A stretch of 64,000 bases of DNA, from NCBI GenBank assembly GCA_950097015.1, contig CATNEN010000037.1, forward strand, positions 3,596,001 through 3,660,000, written 5' to 3'. This document shows positions 15,806-27,800 of the stretch, piece after piece. A program made the translations under genes and the position numbers. The DNA is from Macrostomum hystrix. Taxonomy: Eukaryota; Animalia; Platyhelminthes. Each line of letters opens with the position of its first letter. The stretch's first letter is position 1. The notes under the pieces were generated by a model. It did not search any database. It saw nothing but the letters and a program-made list of their open reading frames with translations, and was not told where the DNA came from.

Positions 15806-18800
15806 ATGAGTGCCGCGATTGAAGCGGTCGAAGAAGAAGAAGTGCAGGACATCCTGGAGTCCTGGCTGACGCTTCAGTCCACCAAGGAGGAAGTTGAAAG
15901 CCTGCAGCGTCTGGCCGACTTTCTTGGCTGTCGCCGAAGTCGTCGCCAGTCTCTGGCCCGACCTGGCGAAAACGGCGACTCGGCTGACGCTGGCCGAAGC
16001 CGACTTCCTGCGAGCTTCGTCGATGACCTCGCCGGCGTCTGCGCCAGGCTGGACTTTAGACGATCTGCGCCGATTGGCCAAGCGTGCGCGGCTGAGCTGC
16101 CGCTTGGCCGAAGACCTCGACTGGCTGGCCTTTTACCTGTTCGATAGGCGCTTCGGTTGGCCAGACCTGCGCGAGGAAGACGGCGGCCTGCTGCTGGTCA
16201 CGCGGCCGGAGGCGCAGGGCCGGACTAGGCGGAGCGGCAAGCAAGAGGAGTTGAGGCACAAGCAGGCGCTGATTCGATGTCTGGATGGACTGATCGGATG
16301 GCTCACAGGTGCGCCTTTGATGTTTTAATAGCTTTGCGTTTTGTATAGTCTATATAAGGGAGCTTGTAGTCGAGTGGTCAGAGCTTTGTACTTCTGACCG
16401 AGAGGTCGAGCGTTCGAATCTCAGCCGAGAGGTCGAGAGTTCGAATCTCAGCCTAGAGGTCGAGCGTTCGAATCTCAGCCTAGAGGTCGAGCGTTCGAAT
16501 CTCAGCCGAGAGGTCGAGAGTTCGAATCTCAGCCGAGAGGTCAAGAGTTCGAATCTCAGCCTAGAGGTCGAGCGTTCGAATCTCAGCCAAAGGGAAGTGA
16601 GTGTTCTTGAGAAAGGCACTCAATTCACTTGTGACAGCCCACCCAGTCAAAGGACTGAACAGCTGTACACAGCCTTTGGATGCGCCATGCAATAGCCCCT
16701 GGCTGTACATCTGGCCCAATTTGGCTAGGTGTAACTCATCGTTCTTTACTATCATTCGAGATTAGAGCTCTTTTTAAATACTGTCTAGACTTGAGTAGTT
16801 TTGAGTATTATCGAGGCTTGAGCAGTTTTGAGTACTATCGAGGCTTGAGTTGTTCTGAATACTATCGAGGATTGAGTAGTTTTGAGTACTATCGAGGCTG
16901 GAGCAGTTTTGAGTATTATCGAGGCTTGAGAAGTTTTGAGTACTATTGAGGCGTGAGTTGTTCTGAATATTATCGAGGCTTGAGTTGTTCTGAATACTAT
17001 CGAGGCTTGAGTTGTTCTGAATACTATCGAGGCTTGAGTTGTTCTGAATACTATCGAGGCTTGAGTTGTTCTGAATACTATCGAGGATTGAGTAGTTTTG
17101 AGTACTATCGAGGCTTGAGCAGTTTTGAGTACTATCGAGACTTAACTAATTTTGAATACTACCGAGGCTTGAGCAGTTTTGAGTACTATCGAGGCTTGAG
17201 TTGTTCTGAATACTATCGAGGATTGAGTCTTTTTGAATACTATCGAGGCTGGAGCAGTTTTGAGTATTATCGAGGCTTGAGCAGCTTTGAGTATTATCGA
17301 GGCTTGAGCAGTTTTGATTCCTTTCGGAGGCTTGAGTAGTTTATTCCTCCGGTCCCCACCCAACTGCCAGGCCAGCAGGTGTCGGCGATGTCGGTCAAGA
17401 TGATGGCCTCGGCTGCCCGCATCGCATCGGACGCGCCGGTCACTCGCTACCAGCTCACTCTGCACAGCTTCGACTGGCTGAAGGAGAGGCTGCACCGGCC
17501 AGACGAGGTCACGTTTGCGGCCGTGTGCGAGCTGGTCAGCCAAGCCGTCAGCGACATATGGTCGCAGATCCGTGGCTCGGCCGTCAGCCGACTCGGACCA
17601 ATCGTCGACCGCCTGAGTCTAGTACAGATTCAGCAACTGTTTGACGAGCTGGCCAGACTCTGCCATCCGATGGGCAACTCCTGGCAGGCTACCGAGGGCG
17701 GCATTAGCGGTGCGAGATTGTTTTATGTTGCTTTTAAAAGATCGGAGGCATTTTTTTGGAGAGGAGCGTGCTTCAAAAAACTTTTTTTTTGGTTTTATCA
17801 AACAGGTCTCAACGCTATCATAAAGAGATTCCAACGTGTCGGATTCTCAACTGGCGAATTGTCCCTGAGCAGCAGCAGCAGCAGCGTGGGTGGCCTGTCG
17901 CCTCGGCTCAACTCCCAGATCAAGGTGAGCACAGGCTAAAGTGCAACCTTCTACCTTGTACTTTGGAAAGGAAATTCATGTACTAGATTAGATATTCTTG
18001 TACTGGAATAGATATTATTGTACAGGAGATTCTGGTACTAAAATGGAAACTCGTGTACTAGAATAGAAATTCATGTACTAGAATGGAAATTCGTGTACTA
18101 GAATGGAAACTCGTGTACTAGAATGGGAATTCGTGTACTAGAATGGAAACTCGTGTACTAGAATGGGAATTTGTGTGCTAGAATGGAAACTCATGTACTA
18201 GAATGGAAACTCGTGTACAAGAATAAGAATTCGTCTACTAGAATGGGAACTCGTGCACTAGAATGGAAACTCGCGTACAAGAATCGAAACTCGTGTACTA
18301 GAATGTGAATTCGTGTACTAGAATGTGAATTCGTGTACTAGAATGTGAATTCGTGTACTAGAATGTGAATTCGTGTACTAGAATGTGAATTCGTGTACTA
18401 GAATGTGAATTCGTGTACTAGAATGTGAATTCGTGTACTAGAATGTGAATTCGTGTACTAGAATGTGAATTCGTGTACTAGAATAGAAACTCGTGTACTA
18501 GAATGTGAATTCGTGTACTGGAATAGAAACTCGTGTACTAGAATGGGAATTCGTGTACTAGAATGGAAACTCGCGTACAAGAATGGAAACTCGCGTACAA
18601 GAATCGAAACTCGTGTACTAGAATGTGAATTCGTGTACTAGAATAGAAACTCGTGTACTAGAATGGGAATTCGTGTACTAGAATGGAAACTCGTGCACTA
18701 GAATGGAAACTCGCGTACAAGAATCGAAACTCGCGTATTTGAATGTGAATTCGTGTACTAGAATAGAAACTCGTGTACTAGAATGGGAATTCGTGTACTA

Positions 18801-21800
18801 GAATGGAAACTCGTGCACTAGAATGGAAACTCGTGTACTAGAATGGGAATTCGTGTACTAGAATGGAAACTCGTGTACTAGAATGGGAATTCGTGTACTA
18901 GAATAGAAACTCGTGTATTAGAATGTGAATTCGTGTACTAGAATGGGAACTCGTGTACTAGAATTGAAACTCGTGTACTAGAATGGGAATTGTGTACTAG
19001 AATTGGAATTCGTGTACTAGAATGGAAACTCGTGTACTAGAATGGAAACTCGTGTACTAGAATGGGAATTGTGTACTAGAATTGGAATTCGTGTACTAGA
19101 ATGGAAACTCGTGTACTAGAATGGGAACTCGTGTACTAGAATTGAAACTCGTGTACTAGAATGGGAATTGTGTACTAGAATTGGAATTCGTGTACTAGAA
19201 TGGAAACTCGTGGACTAGAATGGGAACTCGTGTACTAGAATGGAAACTCGTGTACTATAATGGGAATTGTGTACTAGAATTGGAATTCGTGTACTAGAAT
19301 GGAAACTCGTGGACTAGAATGGAAACTTGTGTACTAGAATGGAAACTCGTGTACTAGAATGGATACTCGTGTACTAGAAATGGAAATTCGTGTACCATTT
19401 TTATTTTTACAAGATTGAAATTTCTACAGCCTTATTTAATTAATTAGATAAATATATTAATTAATTATATTTTGTTAATTGTTTTTCTGTCTTCCAATGC
19501 AGAATGAATAAAAGTCGGATTTGATAACATCCAGAATTATTTAAATTATTACCATAACATTTTGGCGAGCTTTAATTATCCTAGTATTGTGACCTGAATT
19601 CCTCTGCCTAGTAGGCTCTAGAAAAATCTTTCGTAGCGAAAATCAAGACGGTTAAGAGCCGTGCCCAGTTCCTATGTCTAAACTGACACTGGAGCGACAT
19701 CTGTGTCAGGAAATCGTGAAATGACGGATTGGAAAATGTAGGCTCACATTTTGTGAGTACATTGTCAATACAGTACGATTTCTTACTGTGCTTCGTTTGG
19801 GTTTCATTTCTAGGAATTCTTGGAATCTAGGAAGCGGCAGAGAGTTATGCGGTTAAACTAGAGGCTGAAAACGTACGAACCGTCGTAGCTAAATACTGCA
19901 GTTGAATATCGTAGCTGGAAATCGCAGCTAGAATCGCAGCAAGCAATTATAGCTAGAATCATAGCTAAAATCGCAGTTCAAATCGAAGCAAGACTCCTAG
20001 CTAGAATCGCAGCTAGAGTCATAGCTAGAATCGAAGAAAGAGTCAGCTGGAATCGCAGAAAGAGTCATAGCTGGAATCGCAGCAAGAATCGTGGCTAGAA
20101 TCGTACCAAGAATCGTAGCTAGAATCGCAGCAAGAACCGAAGCTAGAATCGCAGCAAGAACCGAAGCTAGAATCGCAGCAAAAGTCATAGCTGGAATCGC
20201 ATGAAGAGTTATAGCCGGAATCGTGGCTAGAATCTCGGCTAGAATCGCAGCAAGAGTCATAGCTGGAATCGTAGCTAGAATCGCAGCAAGAATCGCAGCA
20301 AGAATCATAGCTAGAATCGCAGCAAGAATCATAGCTAGAATCGCAGCAAGAATCGTAGCTAGAATCGCAGCAAAAGTCATAGCTGGAATCGCATCAAGAG
20401 TTATAGCCGGAATCGTGGCTAGAATCTCGGCTAGAATCACAGCAAGAGTCATAGCTAGAATCGCAGCAAGAATCGCAGCTCGAGTCATAGCTGGAATTGC
20501 AGCAAGAATCGTAGCTAAAATCGCAGCAAGAATCGTAGCTAGAATCGCAGCAAAAGTCATATCTGGAATCGCATCAAGAGTTATAGCCGGAATCGTGGCT
20601 AGACTCTCGGCTAGAATCGCAGCAAGAATTATAGCTAGAACCGTAGCTAAATTCGCAATTAAAATCGCAGCAAGAATCGTACCAAGAATTGCAGCTAGAA
20701 TTACAGCAATTGCCATAGCTTGAATCGCAGCTTGAATTTAAGCAATGGGTCGTCCAAAATCGTTTCAATATAAGTATTTGATTTTTCAATTTTCAGATCG
20801 GCTCTCACATGCTCGACAAGCTGCCAATGTACGTGTATCACAAGACCAAGATGTTGGCGTTTGAGTTAGTCACTGACGAACAGCTGACAACTAGAGAGAC
20901 GGCTGTCAAAGCATTTGTCAATTGTTTGGCTTGTTGCAGTGACCAGGTGAATGAGTGACGTTTTTGACCTGTTTACGCTTTTGATCTTGTCGCGGTTTTT
21001 GCGTTACTTGCTTTAATTGGCGTGGACTAGGGAAATATAGTAAAAATACCTGTCTCATTAGTGTACTCACATGCTCTAATTATTGTAATCACCTGCTCTA
21101 ATTAGTGTAATCATCTGTTCAAATTAGTGTAATTACCTGCTCTAGCTAGTGTAATTATACCTGCTCTAATTAGTGTAATTATACCTGCTCTAATTAGTGT
21201 AATTATACCTGCTCTAATTATTGTACTCACCTGTTCTAATTAGTATAATTACCTGCTCTAATTAGTTTAATCACCTGCTCTAATTAGTGTAATTATACCT
21301 GCTCTAATTATTGTAGTCACCTGTTCTAATTTGTGTTATCACCTGTTCTAATTAGCGTAATCACCTGCTCTAATTAATGAAAATACCTGCTCTAATTAGT
21401 GTAATTACCTGCTCTAATTAGTGTAATTACCTGCTCTAATTAGTGTAATTACCTGTTCAAATTAGTGTAATTACCTGCTCTAGCTAGTGTAATTACCTGC
21501 TCTAGCTAGTGTAATCACCTGCTCTAATTAGTGTAATCAACTGCTCTAATTAGTGTAATTACCTGTTCTTCAGGAGTCCGAGCTGGCCTTTCACGAAGTC
21601 TACCAGAAGCTGTCCGGCTGTTTAGGCGCCACGGAAGACGCTGTGGTCAGTGAAATTTCAGAATTATTTTAATTTTTTTCGGAGGTATCAAAAATTAAAA
21701 TAAATAATAAAAATGAAACTGGACGATTAAACAAACAGGAGTGTCCGGTCCTGTCCGACTCGTTCTCATTCATGGAGCCTTACTGCGCCGAGAGTTTGCT

Positions 21801-24800
21801 TAACCTTTGCCTGCAGCTCTTCAAGGTTTGTAATGAGTTTTCGCTTCCCAGATCCCCGATCCCAGATCCCCGATCCCAGATCCCCGATCCCAGATCCCCG
21901 ATCCCAGATCCCCGATCCCAGATCCCCGATCCCAGATCCCCGATCCCAGATCCCCGATCCCAGATCCCCGATCCCAGATCCCCGATCCCAGATCCCCGAT
22001 CCCAGATCCCCGATCCCAGATCCCCGATCCCAGATCCCCGATCCCAGATCCCCGATCCCAGATCCCCGATCCCAGATCCCCGATCCCAGATCCCCGATCC
22101 CAGATCCCCGATCCCAGATCCCCGATCCCAGATCCCCGATCCCAGATCCCCGATCCCAGATCCCCGATCCCAGATCCCCGATCCCAGATCCCCGATCCCA
22201 GATCCCCGATCCCAGATCCCCGATCCCAGATCCCCGATCCCAGATCCCCGATCCCAGATCCCCGATCCCAGATCCCCGATCCCAGATCCCCGATCCCAGA
22301 TCCCCGATCCCAGATCCCCGATCCCAGATCCCCGATCCCAGATCCCCGATCCCAGATCCCCGATCCCAGATCCCCGATCCCAGATCCCCGATCCCAGATC
22401 CCCGATCCCAGATCCCCGATCCCAGATCCCCGATCCCAGATCCCCGATCCCAGATCCCCGATCCCAGATCCCCGATCCCAGATCCCCGATCCCAGATCCC
22501 CGATCCCAGATCCCGGATCCCAGATCCCCGATCCCAGATCCCCGATCCCAGATCCCCGATCCCAGATCCCCGATCCCAGATCCCCGATCCCAGATCCCCG
22601 ATCCCAGATCCCCGATCCCAGATCCCCGATCCCAGATCCCCGATCCCAGATCCCCGATCCCAGATCCCCGATCCCAGATCCCCGATCCCAGATCCCCGAT
22701 CCCAGATCCCCGATCCCAGATCCCCGATCCCAGATCCCCGATCCCAGATCCCCGATCCCAGATCCCCGATCCCAGATCCCCGATCCCAGATCCCCGATCC
22801 CAGATCCCCGATCCCAGATCCTCGATCTCAGATCCCCGATCCCCGGTTGTTGTGCTCATGCTGAAACGCTGGCTATCCAGAATCCTGACCGCAACTCTCT
22901 TCATCCCATCCAGCGCATCCGAGACCATCAGTCCTACCTTCAGAACTGGGACATCTATCATCGCGTATTCGATGTTTACCTGATGCACCCGGCTTCAAGC
23001 GTTCGCCAGGCGGCCAGCAATCTTTACAAATACGTGGTGGCCCGCAGTGTTTCCAGCCCGCTGCTAGTGAAGAATATCCTGCACTGCCTCATGCGCAAAT
23101 GGATTCCGGACCAGTCCACCCTGCTGCGCCCGTTAGACCAGGTCCTGCGTGACAAGCTGTCCGCTGGGCACCCGCCCCGGCCTTCCACAGGCGACGAGGA
23201 GCGCCTATTTGAACGCGAGAGCGACACCTGGGAGTGGCGCGAAGGTCGCCTGATGGTTTGCGAGCTGGTGTGCAAGCTGCTGCTGAAGAATCACTCGCTC
23301 TGCCTAACCACAGGCGGTCGTGGCGTAGGCGGAGGCGGCGGCAGTTCCGGCAGCAAATCGCAGAGCTGCAACGCTTGCGGCAGTCATAGGAAGGCGATGC
23401 GGCTGTTGAACAATCAGCAGCAGTTGAACAACTCCAGGGGCCGAAGCTCCACGGTAAGTGACGCTCCTTTTAAAAATTTAAGGTCCCGTATAGTCTACTT
23501 GTAGTAGGCTGGCCAGGTTATAAGCGCTCTACTTTTTTAATTTGTTTTGCACAAAAAATAATGCAAACAAACAAATGTTCATCGACTTTGTAAGTTCTTT
23601 TGAGGAGGGGTTGGAGTGTGCTAGTGGGTCAGGTGTTAATTGGTTTAATTGGCCAGTTTGAATGAGTGGAGTGTGCCAGTGGGTCAGGTTTTAATTGGTT
23701 TAATTGGCCAGTTTGAATGATTGGATTGTGCCAGTGGGTCAGGTGATAATTGGTTTAATTGGCCGGTTTGTCAGATAGGAGTGTGCCAGTGGGTCAGGTG
23801 ATAATTGGTTTAATTGGCCGGTTTGTCAGATAGGAGTGTGCCAGTGGGTCAGGTGATAATTGGTTTAATTGGCCGGTTTGTCAGATAGGAGTGTGCTAGT
23901 GGGTCAGGTGATAATTGGTTTAATTGGCCGGTTTGTCAGATAGGAGTGTGCTAGTGGGTCAGGTGATAATTGGTTTAATTGGCCGGTTTGTCAGATAAGA
24001 GTGTGCCAGTGGGTCAGGTGTTAATTGGTTTAATTGGCCGGTTTGTCAGATAGGAGTGTGCTAGTGGGTCAGGTGATAATTGGTTTAATTGGCCGGTTTG
24101 TCAGATAGGAGTGTGCTAGTGGGTCAGGTGATAATTGGTTTAATTGGCCGGTTTGTCAGATAGGAGTGTGCTAGTGGGTCAGGTGATAATTGGTTTAATT
24201 GGCCGGTTTGTCAGATAGGAGTGTGCCAGTGGGTCAGGTGTTAATTGGTTTAATTGGCCGGTTTGTCAGATAGGAGTGTGCTAGTGGGTCAGGTGATAAT
24301 TGGTTTAATTGGCCGGTTTGTCAGATGGGAGTGTGCTAGTGGGTCAGGTGATAATTGGCTTCATTGCCTCGTTAATTATGAAGCAGAGCGGTGCTTTTAG
24401 AACACTTCTGATACTTTTAGAATGCTTGATAGGTGTTTGATTTTAATAAGCACCAGTTGGTTTTATTCATTCATCTTAAAGTTGAATGCCTGCCTGAAAA
24501 TTACCAATCGGATGCTAATTTTTACCTCATACAGTACTCTCGCAATAGACTAAGTTTGGTCTGAATTTCGCATTTGCACTGCGCACACAAAATTACAGCA
24601 AATATCTAGCAAAGCGGCACTCAGCCAGGTAGGGAGAACAGCTTGGCTAGCAAGCTCTTGTTTGAGTAAAATTGCAATTTTTGCAAAATTGTTTTCTTTA
24701 TACACCTCCCACGGCGTTCTTATGTCGCATCCTCGTACTACGAGTAGACCTAGCAATTTTTTGTGGCAAAGCATGCTTCTAAATCGTGGCGTTATTGTGT

Positions 24801-27800
24801 TGGCTTTACTTGCAAAGTCACCTGTCTTGTAATACATTACTATCGGGTGGCGAAGTAGATCCTTTGTTATTATTCACTGTTAAGATTTGATCAAAATTTT
24901 TTGTCTCGATTTTTTATCTATTTGACTTACCTCGAATAGTTTAGAGATGATTCAATTCTGGTTTTATCTAGATATATTATTACAAACGAATAACTTGGCA
25001 TGGCTAGCTATACTATTATGTACTTTACCTTTTTCTTCCATTTACTTTGTTACATTCACGGCGTATTTAGTCTATTGTTTAAAATCGTGTTGGATGAACA
25101 GTAATTGACTGTGGGATAGAGACAGGGCCGTAGAGGAAAGAAAATTAGTCTTTGAAGGGTCAGGGAGTGAGGTGGAAGTTGTGTAAGATAGAAAAAATTG
25201 GGTTTGGAGGGTCGGAGAGTGAGGTGGGGCTTGTGGGGGATACAAAAACTGGGTCTGGAGGGTCGGAGAGTGAGGTGGGGCTTGTGGGGGATAGAAAAAC
25301 AGGGTTTGGAGGGTCGGAGAGTGAGGTGGGGCTTGTGGAGGATAGAAAAACTGGGTCTGGAGGGTCGGAGAGAGAGGTGGGGCTTGTGGGGGATAGAAAA
25401 ACAGGGTTTGGAGGGTCGGAGATTGAGGTGGGGCTTGTGGAGGATGGAAAACAGGATTTGGAGGGTCGGAGAGTGAGGTGGGGCTTGTGGAGGATAGAAA
25501 AACGGGGTTTGGAGGGTCGGAGAGAGAGGTGGGGCTTGTGGGGGATAGAAAACAGGGTTTGGAGGGTCGGAGGGAGAGGTGGGGCTTGTGGAGGATAGAA
25601 AAACGGGGTTTGGAGGGTCGGAGAGTGAGACTTAGTGGCTTTTTACAGTAAATTACGATATACAATCTATCATCTATATATATAAAAGTGAAAACTCTGT
25701 CTGTCTGTCTGTCTGTCTGTGTGCAACCTTTTGTCTTTATAGACGCCGAAACCGCTCAACCAAATCGCACCAAACTTTGCACATACCTAAAACCACCTAC
25801 GCTGAGTGCAATAGGCTACTCAAATTCCCGAAAAATCATTTCCTTCCTGCTCAAAAGTGCAAAAAACTGCTCAAAAATCGTCAAAAAATCACTCAATTCG
25901 ACATATCGTCGCCCCACTTTGTCAGATTTTCTCCAAATTTGATCCACTTACACTTTACATGTTTTCCAACAATGCTGTCAATTTTGAACATCTCTACTCA
26001 ATCCAGAGCAAAGCTGCATCATCTCAAAGTGAGTCACTTTTTGTTTTCCGAGGACAGCCACCCCAACTCCCCTCCGCCACTCTGCGGGCCAAATTTTATT
26101 ACAGCCACCCCCTCCCTTCCCCGGGCGCCGAAGCCCCAGACTGTACATTGTATTTCAAGCCGTGAATGTACACAGCCCAAACCCCTAGACTGTCTACTGG
26201 CCCCCAAGCAGCACTGAGACTGAGTGTGGTGAGTGCGGTGGCGTCCCAGTGCGCAGGGCTCTCCGGTCGATATTTGGGTTAGACAGTACTAGAAATGATG
26301 CCGCCAACGAAATTAACTACCAACTGCTTCAGGAGTTGCCAGGTGCAGTTTTCACCTACAAGTCAATTGATACAACGTTGACTGATGACACCGCTGTGGA
26401 GTATCCTGTTGAGTTTCTGAACTCTCTAGATCCTCCTGGAACTCCATCGCACAACTTGCAGCTGAAAGTTGGGGCACCAATTATGCTCCTCCGCAACCTG
26501 AATGCGCCAAGGCTGTGTAACGGCACCAGACTGATAGTCAGGCGGCTCTTCCCACACGTGATTGAGGCCACGATAATGACTGGATCTGGCAGAGGAGAGT
26601 CTGTGTTCGTTCCCCGGATTCCAATTATCCCCACGGACCTGCCATTTCAGTTCAAGCGACTGCAGTTCCCTGTGAGAGTGTGCTTTGCGATGACTATTAA
26701 CAAGGCTCAGGGACAGTCGCTGAAGGTGGCTGGCATCAACCTGGAGACTCCTTGCTTCTCGCATGGGCAGCTTTATGTCGCCTGCTCCCGTGTTGGAAAT
26801 CCAGCTGGCCTATTCATTTTCGCACCAAGGGGAAGAACGAAGAATGTGGTGTATCCCCAGGCCTTGAGGTGACTCGCAAGCAATTAATAGAAAAGTAGTC
26901 ACGAATTGACCTTGACCTGTCTAACTCTGAACTCTGAAACAGTTTAATTTTGTTTCTTTGACATTGTTATTGTTATGCCATGGCTATTTTCCTTATGTAT
27001 ACGCGTGCACATGCATACTGTATACAGAGGCAGATTTAGGGGGGGGGCGGGGGGGCAGTTGCCCCCCTAAATTTTAATCATGGGAATAAGATGCCCCCAC
27101 CAGGGGCGCCAGTCGCAGCACTGGCGCCCCTTTTCGGCCGCTGGCGCCCCTTTTTCAGCCGCTGGCTCCCGTTTTTCAGCCGCTGGCGCCCTTTCTTGGC
27201 TCCTGGCGCCCTTTTTTGGCCGCTGGCACCCCCTCTGTGATTCTCATGGCGCTCCCCTGACAGACCGCCCCAAAACAAAATTCCTGGATCTGCCACTGAC
27301 TGTATAGAGGAGTGGCTAAGAGACATGTTTCTAAAGAAGTAATCAAGAGGGGGCTGTTTGGACAAACTTTTCACTTATTTTTTACTTAAAACGCCCTTAA
27401 ACAAACTCTTCACTTTTCATTAATGCAGTAAATAAATAAATGGTGACCTTCACTATAAAGTTAATACAGAGACGTGAATTGCTTACTGCTTTGCTTTAAA
27501 TTTCTGCCCCAAAAACAACGGGCAAAAAAAGCTAGTTTTATCTCTAAGTTTGATTACAACCACAACGAACTCAAATGTATATGTCTATTATATTATAATA
27601 TTGGAACTATTCTACCTTGTATATTTTAACAGACTTTCTTAAATTTCAGATGTCCGAAGGTGACGGTACTGCCGACGAATTTTTAAGCCTTCGAGAGCGC
27701 CTAATGCTGGTTAGTTTGAAACCAATAACTGACAGAGTGTAGGCTAAAATTTGTACAGGACAATGTAAGATTTGTACCCGTCATTTTTATCACACACAGG

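Larger units (their letters stand above)
25673..27535 (+). mobile_element. Non-autonomous Helitron (about 1.86 kb) in the HEAT gene intron, retaining the 3' part of the helicase
   Basis: 5' end A|TCTATATATATAAAA followed by a (GTCT)n tract. 3' end is CAACGGGC..GCTAG|T with a degenerate hairpin. Insertion is between A and T, and the helicase remnant is in the expected orientation. Confidence 0.75.

Noticed and set aside
21772-22988. PDPRSQI / GSGIGDL repeat proteins
   Set aside because: Translations of the 14-bp intronic satellite; the real exons are bounded by splice sites on either side.
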